This document shows positions 45,035 through 53,331 of a stretch of DNA of 64,000 bases, piece after piece (position 1 is the stretch's first letter; each line of letters starts with the position of its first letter). The stretch comes from Lachnospirales bacterium (GTDB taxonomy: Bacteria > Bacillota > Clostridia > Lachnospirales > CAMZNU01): contig JBKEBX010000022.1 in the NCBI GenBank assembly GCA_047973385.1, positions 11,521 to 75,520 of the forward strand, read 5' to 3'. A model generated the notes under the pieces. The model was not told the DNA's origin. It did not search any database and was given only the letters and a program-made list of their open reading frames with translations. The position numbers and the translations under genes were made by a program.

Positions 45035-45802
45035 ATGACAAATAAACTTTTCAAATTACTTATTTTTCTAAATTTATTCATGTTAATATATTTACCTATT
45101 ATGGCTGTTGCAAAAACTTGGGAATATCCTAGTATTTTACCTACAAAATACACTTTAGAATTTGTAGAACAGTGTTTTTCAAACAAGTATTTTATAGGTA
45201 CACTTATAAACACAATAACGATAGGTGTTTTATCAACAACTATTGCTGTTGTTGTAGGTTATTTAACGGCAGAAGCACTTTATTCCTATGATATAAAAGG
45301 TAAAAGCCTTATCAAATTTATAGCTTTGTCACCTATTGTTATACCTACTTTTTCTCTAGTAAGTGGTATGCATATTTCTATGATACGAAGCAACCTTGCA
45401 GGTACAATTTTGGGCGTATCTATTGTACATTCTATATTTGCTATTCCCTATTGCCTTTGGATTTTTTTAGATACTTTTAAAATTATTGGCAAAGCTTATG
45501 AAATTCAGTCTAAGAGTTTAGGAGCAAATTTTTTCCAAACTTTCATTTATGTAAAGTTACCTATGTTAAAATCAAGTTTTTATTCTTGTGCCATACTTAG
45601 TTTTTCAATTTCCCTAAGTCAATATATAGTTACTTTCTTTGTTGGAAATGGAAAAACAGAAACCTTTACAACTATACTTGTTCCATATATCCAAAATCAT
45701 AGATACCAAATAGCAAGTGTATACAGTATAGTTATTATACTACTTGGTTGTAGTTTTGCAGGAATTATAAGATTTATAACAAAATGGAGGTGTTTTAAGT
45801 AA
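45035..45802 (+). CDS. ABC transporter permease (YnjC C-half-like)
   Basis: Multi-TM; SLGANFFQTFIYVKLP. Confidence 0.88.
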   Translation: MTNKLFKLLIFLNLFMLIYLPIMAVAKTWEYPSILPTKYTLEFVEQCFSNKYFIGTLINTITIGVLSTTIAVVVGYLTAEALYSYDIKGKSLIKFIALSPIVIPTFSLVSGMHISMIRSNLAGTILGVSIVHSIFAIPYCLWIFLDTFKIIGKAYEIQSKSLGANFFQTFIYVKLPMLKSSFYSCAILSFSISLSQYIVTFFVGNGKTETFTTILVPYIQNHRYQIASVYSIVIILLGCSFAGIIRFITKWRCFK

Positions 45803-46803
45803 TGTCGAAAATAACTATTAAAAATTTACATAAAAGTTTTGAAGATAAAAAAGTTTTAGACAATATTAACTTGATTATTGAAGACGGCAAAACTTTGGCA
45901 CTACTTGGTGCCTCAGGTTGTGGTAAAACTACACTTTTAAACTGTATTTTAGGGCTTTTGAATGTGGATAGTGGGGATATTTACTTTAATGAAAATAGAG
46001 TAAACCATATACCTATGAATAAACGCCTAGTTTCTATTGTTTTTCAAGAAAACACACTATTCCCTCATATGAATGTATATGATAATATTGCCTACGGCTT
46101 AAAAATACGAAAAGTAAGTAAGACTGATATAGATAGAAAAGTAAAAGAAATGCTTGAGTTAACTAACCTAACTGGATACGAAAAAAAATATCCTTCTTCT
46201 CTATCAGGTGGTGAGAAACAAAGAGTTGCCATATCTCGTGCTTTAGTTGTAAACCCTAATATATTGTTACTAGATGAAGCCTTTAACGGTCTTGATGTGA
46301 ACATAAAAAATGTTATGATAAACTTTATAGTAGATTTACAAAAAAAGCTAAAATTTACTATGATTTTGGTTACTCACAAAAAAGAAGAAGCCTTTTCAGT
46401 TGCCCATAAAGTTGCCCTAATTATAGATGGCAAAATCGCTCAAATAGATAGCCCGAAGAATATATACGAAAATCCAAAAACTAAAGAAACAGCTATGTTT
46501 TTCGAGGATTTTAACATATTTTCAGGAAGAAATATATCTGGAATATTCTCAAATGGGTTTATAGAAATAAAAAATAGCTATAAAAATTATGAAAATTGCC
46601 ATTGCATTGTGAATTTTAAAGATGTAATCTTTTCAACAAAAGGTATAAAAGGAACTATATCAGATATACAATATCTAGGTATTAACACTATATATTTTGT
46701 TGTAGTTAAAAGCATCACAATCAAAGTGGCACGTCAAAATGATTTTTATTCAATTGGAGATGAAGTTTTCTTGCAGTTTAACAAATGTAGTATTGTACTT
46801 TAG
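45802..46803 (+). CDS. ABC transporter ATP-binding protein (PotA/YnjD-like)
   Basis: GASGCGKT, LSGGEKQR, LLLDE. Confidence 0.93.
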   Translation: MSKITIKNLHKSFEDKKVLDNINLIIEDGKTLALLGASGCGKTTLLNCILGLLNVDSGDIYFNENRVNHIPMNKRLVSIVFQENTLFPHMNVYDNIAYGLKIRKVSKTDIDRKVKEMLELTNLTGYEKKYPSSLSGGEKQRVAISRALVVNPNILLLDEAFNGLDVNIKNVMINFIVDLQKKLKFTMILVTHKKEEAFSVAHKVALIIDGKIAQIDSPKNIYENPKTKETAMFFEDFNIFSGRNISGIFSNGFIEIKNSYKNYENCHCIVNFKDVIFSTKGIKGTISDIQYLGINTIYFVVVKSITIKVARQNDFYSIGDEVFLQFNKCSIVL

Positions 46804-46818
46804 TTATATTTAGCGTAA

Positions 46819-46857
46819 AAAAACTATAAAGTTCTTGTTTTGAACTTTATAGTTTTT
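46819..46857. terminator. Bidirectional terminator
   Basis: AAAAACTATAAAGTTC...GAACTTTATAGTTTTT. Confidence 0.85.
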
Positions 46858-46863
46858 GATTTA

Positions 46864-47088
46864 CTAATCTATTTTCTTCTTAACAGATTTTAAAAATTTA
46901 TCACGCTTTAACATAACAATATGTCCACAGCCTCTGCATTTTATCTTAAAATCTATTCCAACTCTAATAATCTCCCAAGAATTCTCGCCACAAGGGTGCT
47001 GTTTTTTTGTAACAACATAATCTCCTACCTTATATCCCGAAACACTTTTAGATACTTTTTCCTCATTTCCATAATTTTTTATATCCAT
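46864..47088 (-). CDS. DUF951 (YyzM-like) protein
   Basis: KKQHPCG..WEIIRVGIDFKIKCRGCGH. Confidence 0.88.
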   Translation of the reverse strand: MDIKNYGNEEKVSKSVSGYKVGDYVVTKKQHPCGENSWEIIRVGIDFKIKCRGCGHIVMLKRDKFLKSVKKKID

Positions 47089-47108
47089 AAAATCACCCTC
47101 AAGTAAAA

Positions 47109-48197
47109 TTAGTCTTCTCGATTTATAGTAACAACTCTTTGTGGATATGGTATACATATACCTTCTGCATCAAATCTATTTTTAATACGTCTTAACATTT
47201 CACGTTGTAACGTCCATTGTTGGCCTGGAACACAATCGCAAACAACTTTAATATCAACAGATGATGCACCAAGCTCATCAACACCTAAAACTGTTGGTAG
47301 ACCTATAACTTCTTTTTCATTATCTTTTTCAAACAAAATCATTTCATCTTTTAAAACTTCAATAACTCTGTCAATGTTTTCTTCATAAGCAACTCCAACT
47401 GTAACAGCTGCACGAGAAAAAGTTCTTGTAAGGTTTGTAAGAACTGATACTGTACCATTTGGTATAACGTGTAAATGTCCATCTACTGCACGAAGAACTA
47501 GAGTTCTTAGGTTAATCTCTACAACTTGACCTGTAATCCCGTTTATTTCTATAACATCACCTAAGTGAAATTGGTCTTCTATGATAAAGATAGCACCTGA
47601 AATAAAGTCATTCACAAAGTCTTTTGCTGCAAGACCAAAGGCAACAGATAAAGCACCTGTAACAGTTACAATAGTAGCCGTATCCATACCTAAGATTATA
47701 AGGATTTGCATAATAATAATCGCTATTATAAATATCCCTAAAAGCCTAGTGAACACTTGTTGTAAAGTTTCTTTTTTACTTTCTGATGCTTTGTTTAAAA
47801 AAGATAAACATTTAGCTACAATTTTACTTCTAAAACCATAGAGTAATGTTCCTATGATTAATAAAACTACTATATTGCCAAAGGACTTACTAAGTGTAAA
47901 CATTAGTGTACCAAATATAGAGTATAATATACCTTTATTTATTGTAAAAATAGCTAAATAACACGTTACAAATACTATAATACAACCAAGTAGTATAGAA
48001 AACATTCTCTTTGTAGCTTCAAGTTCTCTTTCAACAAAATCCTTTTGAATTGGTTTTGTAACTAGATCAATAAACTTATCTCTAGCTTTAAATAATACAA
48101 TTCCTACTATAAATACAACAACTAAAGTAATAATTTTACTAAGTGATATTTCGCCAAAATAATATGAAAAATTTGGCATTGCAATTAAATTTGACAT
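47109..48197 (-). CDS. Small-conductance mechanosensitive channel (MscS/YkuT-like)
   Basis: GLAAKDFVNDFISG, GDVIEI, IPNG, IPYPQR. Confidence 0.93.
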   Translation of the reverse strand: MSNLIAMPNFSYYFGEISLSKIITLVVVFIVGIVLFKARDKFIDLVTKPIQKDFVERELEATKRMFSILLGCIIVFVTCYLAIFTINKGILYSIFGTLMFTLSKSFGNIVVLLIIGTLLYGFRSKIVAKCLSFLNKASESKKETLQQVFTRLLGIFIIAIIIMQILIILGMDTATIVTVTGALSVAFGLAAKDFVNDFISGAIFIIEDQFHLGDVIEINGITGQVVEINLRTLVLRAVDGHLHVIPNGTVSVLTNLTRTFSRAAVTVGVAYEENIDRVIEVLKDEMILFEKDNEKEVIGLPTVLGVDELGASSVDIKVVCDCVPGQQWTLQREMLRRIKNRFDAEGICIPYPQRVVTINRED

Positions 48198-48214
48198 TCT
48201 TTCCTCCAAAAATT

Positions 48215-48310
48215 AGTCATAATGACTTTTCCTTCAAGTGAAGCTTTTAGCATTCACTTACGGTAGACTAGCTCATTGCTCTATAAAGCGTCATAGAGCT
48301 AATCTGTACC
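48215..48310 (-). ncRNA. Candidate structured cis-regulatory RNA upstream of mscS
   Basis: Three consecutive stems; more GC than other intergenic regions; no U tail. Confidence 0.45.
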
Positions 48311-48311
48311 A

Positions 48312-49196
48312 TTAATCTATTTTATTATCCATAACATTATCAATCTCTCTTTCAAATTTTTCAAGAAAGTTATGATATATCCCATCTTTTTTATATCCCA
48401 AAACAGCATCAAGGTGAACATTAAATGCCGACCTCATAATTGATTTTGGTGCATTCGGATTGAACATAGATAAGTATTTTATTGTTTGTTTTATTTCATC
48501 TCTTTTAGTTGAAGTTTTTGAAGCAACTACCATACAACCACAATTCATAAAATTCAGCTTTGTATTTTTCGCCCACTTCTTTATTGCACTTTCATGTATA
48601 TAAAACATAGGTCTTGTAAGTTCCATATCTTCAAAGTTATCGGCCATAATTCTTGGCATCATGGTTTTAAAGTTACCTGCATAAAGAATGTTTAGCATAG
48701 TTGTTTCTATAACATCATCAAAATGGTGACCAAGAGCTATTTTATTACAACCATTTTCCTTTGCATAGTTATATAAAAAGCCTCTACGCATTCTCGCACA
48801 CATATAACAAGGATTATCCCCTGCTATTTTTTCAGCAACAGAAAAAACATCACTATTTTTTATATTCAGAGGTATATTTAAATACTCTGCATTTTCAATT
48901 AATGTATTTCTATTTATCTCGTTGAAACCTGGATCCATGGACATAAAAAAAAGTTCAAACTTTTTCTTACCATGTCTTTGTATTTCCTGAAAAAGTTTAG
49001 CTGTTAAAAAACTATCTTTACCCCCACTTATACAAATGCCAATTTTGTCACCATCTTCAATTAGGTTAAATTCATTTATAGCATCTATAAAGGGTTTCCA
49101 AATTTCTTTTCTATAAGTTTTTATAATACTTCTTTCAATATCTCTATTAGATATACGTTCAGACTTATCATATTGTTCCTGTAATGTACAATTCAT
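48312..49196 (-). CDS. TtcA-family tRNA thiolation PP-loop ATPase
   Basis: SGGKDS, PCYMCARMRRG, GHHFDD. Confidence 0.88.
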   Translation of the reverse strand: MNCTLQEQYDKSERISNRDIERSIIKTYRKEIWKPFIDAINEFNLIEDGDKIGICISGGKDSFLTAKLFQEIQRHGKKKFELFFMSMDPGFNEINRNTLIENAEYLNIPLNIKNSDVFSVAEKIAGDNPCYMCARMRRGFLYNYAKENGCNKIALGHHFDDVIETTMLNILYAGNFKTMMPRIMADNFEDMELTRPMFYIHESAIKKWAKNTKLNFMNCGCMVVASKTSTKRDEIKQTIKYLSMFNPNAPKSIMRSAFNVHLDAVLGYKKDGIYHNFLEKFEREIDNVMDNKID

Positions 49197-49303
49197 TTTT
49201 TGCTCCATTTTTAAAAATCATAACTCTAGCCCATTAATTATACATGATAATAACATAAATTTCAACTAAAAAAGTCAAAAAAATTAATTTTCGACTTTTT
49301 TTA

Positions 49304-49960
49304 TTATATGTTTTTAATAAAATAATTTAAAAAACCATATTGCTCACTTAATCTTTCCATATGCCACTGAATACCAACTATTTTTTTGTCTTCGCTTTCA
49401 AAAGCTTCTATATAATTATCTTCATCAGAAACTGCCGTTGCTATAAGTCCTTTACCAAGTTTGTTTACAACTTGATGATGAACAGAATTAACCTCAATTT
49501 TACTTTGATTAAAATAAGAAGATAATATACTATCTTCACGAAGCTTAGCCCTATGAACCGTATCCAAATGATTTTCAATATGTTGATTTATATTACCTCC
49601 AAGAGCCACATTAATTACTTGCATACCACGACAAATGCCAAAAATCTTTTTGTTTTGTCGTATGGCTTCTTTTACTAATCTAATTTCAAACAAATCTCGT
49701 TTAATTGGTACTAAATCTATAAAACTTTCATATTCTTTTTTTATAGTATCCTTAAATAAGTCAGGGTTAATATCTCCACCACCTGTAAGTAAAACTGCAT
49801 CACACATACTTACATATTTTTCAATATTATCAAGATTTGTATTTGTTGTCGTAATTGGTAAAAGATTACTCGCTTCTACAAACCTAATATAATTTACACT
49901 AAGTGTATAATTTTCTTCAGTCAGGTTACTTGCAACTAAAATAATAGGATTTAAACTCAC
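49304..49960 (-). CDS. Gamma-glutamyl-gamma-aminobutyrate hydrolase family (peptidase C26)
   Basis: GGGDINP, GICRGMQ, VNSVHHQ, QWHME. Confidence 0.9.
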   Translation of the reverse strand: MSLNPIILVASNLTEENYTLSVNYIRFVEASNLLPITTTNTNLDNIEKYVSMCDAVLLTGGGDINPDLFKDTIKKEYESFIDLVPIKRDLFEIRLVKEAIRQNKKIFGICRGMQVINVALGGNINQHIENHLDTVHRAKLREDSILSSYFNQSKIEVNSVHHQVVNKLGKGLIATAVSDEDNYIEAFESEDKKIVGIQWHMERLSEQYGFLNYFIKNI

Positions 49961-50159
49961 ACCTATACCTCCCAGTTAGTTTATAATATATTATATTAAT
50001 CAAAAAGCTTTTTGTTCCTTTTTAAAAATCTCATATTTTAAAAAGTATCATAAAGTTAAACAAACTCTTATATACTATAAAAGAGATTTCTACAAACTAA
50101 AAGACCTTTAGCTCCCTAAAAGTCCAATTAGTTTATAAGAATGTACTAGATTGCACGAA

Positions 50160-50405
50160 TTATAGTAACTTCGACAATTCTTTTATAGTGGATTTGGATA
50201 CAAGTTTACCGTTATACTCTACCAAATCGTCTTTAACCCCTGTAAATATATCACATGGATCATGCTTCTTTAAGATGATTTTATCACCTTCAACATAAAT
50301 CTCAATAGCATCACTTTCATTTACATTAAGGTTGCGACGTAGTTCGATAGGTAATACAACACGACCGAGTTTGTCGATTTTTCTTACGATTCCTGTTGAT
50401 TTCAT
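50160..50405 (-). CDS. abrB: AbrB-family transition-state regulator
   Basis: MKSTGIVRKIDKLGRVVLPIELRR. Confidence 0.93.
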   Translation of the reverse strand: MKSTGIVRKIDKLGRVVLPIELRRNLNVNESDAIEIYVEGDKIILKKHDPCDIFTGVKDDLVEYNGKLVSKSTIKELSKLL

Positions 50406-50527
50406 AGTATGACCTCCTATCCAACACAAGACATCACCTTTGTATGGATAATTATAGCATATTTTTTTACAAAAGTAAACATTAAATTATAAAAAAGTAA
50501 TATTTTATTAAGAAAGGACGTGTTAAA

Positions 50528-51109
50528 TTGTTAAATTATATTTGGGGATTAATGTTAATTATATCTCTTGTATATTCTTTTATTTTTGGTAGCACAAGCG
50601 AAATCGTAAACGAAATTCTAAACTCAGGAAAAGATACTGTAAATCTAGTTATAAACATTGTGGGGATTATGGGTATTTGGTCTGGAATAATTAAAATCGC
50701 TGAAAAGTCCGGTATGGTAGATGTGCTTTGCATTGCCCTCTCTCCTTTACTTCAATTTTTATTCCCTAAAATACCAAAAAACAGTAAAGCTATGAAATAT
50801 ATATCTGTAAATTTTGTCGCAAATTTACTAGGTCTATCTTATGTGGCAACTCCTGCAGGTATAAATGCAATGATAGAGCTTAACAAACTCAACAAAACCC
50901 CTGGTCGTGCAACAAAAGAAATGTGTAACTTCCTTATAATCAATATGTCAAGCCTACAAATTATTTCTATAAATATCATTGCATATAGAAGTCAGTATAA
51001 CTCTGTAAACCCACAGGAAATTATTGGTGCTGGGCTTATTGCTACCTTTATAACAACAGTCTTTGCAATAATGTTTACAAAAGCTGCTGATTATTTTGTA
51101 AAGGAGTAA
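50528..51109 (+). CDS. spmA: Spore maturation protein A
   Basis: MLNYIW, ANLLGL..ATPAG, INMSSLQ. Confidence 0.92.
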   Translation: MLNYIWGLMLIISLVYSFIFGSTSEIVNEILNSGKDTVNLVINIVGIMGIWSGIIKIAEKSGMVDVLCIALSPLLQFLFPKIPKNSKAMKYISVNFVANLLGLSYVATPAGINAMIELNKLNKTPGRATKEMCNFLIINMSSLQIISINIIAYRSQYNSVNPQEIIGAGLIATFITTVFAIMFTKAADYFVKE

Positions 51110-51112
51110 ACT

Positions 51113-51655
51113 ATGAACTATTTTAATTATTTAATTACATATTTTTCAAATGGTATAATACCACTATTTATTTTTGTTGTCATTTTACATAGTCTATACA
51201 AAAAAGTTGATATATTTGAGGTTTTTAAAGAAGGTGTATTCGAGGGTGTAAAAACAGTTTACCTGATTTTCCCAACTATTTTAGGGCTTATGATGGCTGT
51301 ATCACTACTTCGTAGTTCAGGTTTTTTAGAACTTTTAAGCTACCTATTTTCATATATTGTACCTCAGAGCTTTCCCGCCCACACTATACCTTTATGTTTA
51401 ATGCGTCTAGTGTCGAGTTCTGCTGCAACAGGTATTTTATTAGACCTTTTTGACACCTATGGTGCTGATTCATTTACAGGTAGATTTATAAGTGTAATGA
51501 TGAGTAGTACTGAAACTGTTTTTTACACTATGAGTGTATATTTTTTAAGTATTAAAATTACAAAAACAAGATATACATTATTAGGTGCATTGCTTTCCAA
51601 TTTAATTGGTATTGTAGTTGCCTACTTCACAACTATAAGTATATTTGGATTTTAA
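51113..51655 (+). CDS. spmB: Spore maturation protein B
   Basis: SSTETVFYTMSVYF, KTRYTL. Confidence 0.92.
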   Translation: MNYFNYLITYFSNGIIPLFIFVVILHSLYKKVDIFEVFKEGVFEGVKTVYLIFPTILGLMMAVSLLRSSGFLELLSYLFSYIVPQSFPAHTIPLCLMRLVSSSAATGILLDLFDTYGADSFTGRFISVMMSSTETVFYTMSVYFLSIKITKTRYTLLGALLSNLIGIVVAYFTTISIFGF

Positions 51656-51663
51656 ATTTTTTA

Positions 51664-51692
51664 TTGACCTTATGGCTAATTTATATTATTAT
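51664..51692 (+). promoter_or_regulatory. SigA promoter of SBP gene
   Basis: TTGACC-N17-TATTAT. Confidence 0.55.
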
Positions 51693-51702
51693 TAAGTATA
51701 TA

Positions 51703-51749
51703 GGCACATTGTAAAGAAAATCAAATTTTCACACTTTGCAAGGTCGCCC
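51703..51749 (-). mobile_element. Mini-MITE (internal deletion derivative)
   Basis: Reverse complement GGCGACCTTGCAAAGTGTGAAAATTTGATTTTCTTTACAATGTGCC matches both parts of the 12843/56011 copies; TATA/TATA flanks if the end is 51749. Confidence 0.7.
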
Positions 51750-51794
51750 TATACTGTTTTACTTAAAATAAACTTCACGTTTGGAGATATACAT

Positions 51795-53051
51795 ATGATT
51801 AAAAAAATAATTTTTGTAACATTAATAAGCATTTTTATAGTAATGTTTCTAGGAAGTTGTGAACGCACAACTGAAGCTCCTGATGAAATCGTTATTATGA
51901 CTATGTTCGGTAAAAATACATATACTTGGAATGAATATAATAAAATTTTAGATTCTTTTCGTGAAAAGTACCCTGAAGTTAATTTCGTAGATTATTCTGA
52001 AACATCTTCAGAAAAATGGAAAGAATCTATGGTAACTAATTTTAAACAAAACAAAGAACCTGATATTCTTTTTTATTTTGTTGGAGAACAAGCTTCATAT
52101 ATGACAGAAAATAATTTAGTCGTTTCTGTTGATGAAATAAGAAATTTTTATCCTAATTACGCTTCAAACATTTCCTATGTTGCAAACAATTATATGCAAG
52201 ACGAAAGCGGCATACAATACGCCGTTCCTATACGAGGTTTTTGGGAAGGAATGTATATAAACAAAGATATGTTTGATAAATATGATTTACCTGTACCTAA
52301 TACATGGGAACGACTTAGTCAAGCCTTTTATGTATTCCATTCTAACGGAGTTACACCTATTGCCGCTTCTCTTGGTGAAGTTCCACATTATTGGATAGAA
52401 AATACTATTTTATCAGTTGGAGGCATTGACTCTCACGAAATAAATATAAGTCCAACAACTGGCACTCCTAGAAGTTGGTTAGACTCTCTTGATGTTATAA
52501 AAAATCTATATATAAATGGTGCTTTTCCTGAAAACACTTTAACTATGACAAATTCAGAAGCCATAGAAATGTTTAAAAATAAAGAAGCCGCCATTTTAGT
52601 CGATGGTTCTTGGGTTGTTGAAGAGCTAACAGACTATGAAAACATTATGGTGTTAGACTTTCCTAGCTATACAAATGGTCTAAAAAAAGAAGGTGAAGTT
52701 ATTGGTGGTTTTACAAGTGGTTTTTATATAACTAACCGTGCATGGACTGATGCAGAAAAACGTAATATCGTTGTTGAACTTGTATCAGAACTTACTTCTA
52801 ACGAATCAATATATAACTTTTCTAAACATAGTTACGCCCCTGCTGCCGATATAGATATTGTACTTGACAATAATCCTCTTGGTGTTAGCTCCTACAACCT
52901 ATTTAATAAAATAAATAATGTATGCAGTCCTATTGATTCAAGTATGAAGCCTGAAGCCTGGTCATATTTAACAAATAATTTTACAGCTTATTTAAAAGAT
53001 GAAATAACTGCTGAATCTCTTTTGACCAATACTGCTGAGTTAAACAAATAG
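51795..53051 (+). CDS. Orphan extracellular solute-binding lipoprotein (carbohydrate SBP family 1-like)
   Basis: Lipobox LGSC; YAVP, YINKDMFDKY..PNTWE, DGSW. Confidence 0.85.
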   Translation: MIKKIIFVTLISIFIVMFLGSCERTTEAPDEIVIMTMFGKNTYTWNEYNKILDSFREKYPEVNFVDYSETSSEKWKESMVTNFKQNKEPDILFYFVGEQASYMTENNLVVSVDEIRNFYPNYASNISYVANNYMQDESGIQYAVPIRGFWEGMYINKDMFDKYDLPVPNTWERLSQAFYVFHSNGVTPIAASLGEVPHYWIENTILSVGGIDSHEINISPTTGTPRSWLDSLDVIKNLYINGAFPENTLTMTNSEAIEMFKNKEAAILVDGSWVVEELTDYENIMVLDFPSYTNGLKKEGEVIGGFTSGFYITNRAWTDAEKRNIVVELVSELTSNESIYNFSKHSYAPAADIDIVLDNNPLGVSSYNLFNKINNVCSPIDSSMKPEAWSYLTNNFTAYLKDEITAESLLTNTAELNK

Positions 53052-53198
53052 TTGTGTTAAAAAGTTTTTTAAATAAATGATGAAGTTTTGAAAAAGTTAA
53101 AAAATAAGTCTTTTTGTGTATATTAAAATATACAAAAATATTTATTTTTTTGTTAATAGAAAAATTTACGTTAATTTAAAGGTTACTTTTTAATATAT

Positions 53199-53294
53199 GG
53201 TTTTATTGCAACCATAAAAGCTCCATTTTCATAACAAAACAATAGCTTTGTGTTTTTGACAAAAATTGCGAAATGGCTTTTTTGCAATAAAAAA
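53199..53294 (+). repeat. Degenerate/rearranged MITE-family copy
   Basis: GGTTTTATTGCAA start; CCATTTTCATAACAAAACAATAGCTTTGT core; TTGCAATAAAA end merging into the terminator. Confidence 0.6.
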
Positions 53295-53325
53295 GGTTGT
53301 AAAATTATTTACAACCTTTTTTATT
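53286..53325. terminator. Bidirectional terminator
   Basis: AATAAAAAAGGTTGTAAA...TTTACAACCTTTTTTATT. Confidence 0.85.
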
Positions 53326-53331
53326 AAAGTT

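Noticed and set aside
53052-53190. AT-rich stretch resembling the outer element at 7226-7382
   Set aside because: Similarity is limited to A/T runs and the ends are not recognisable with confidence
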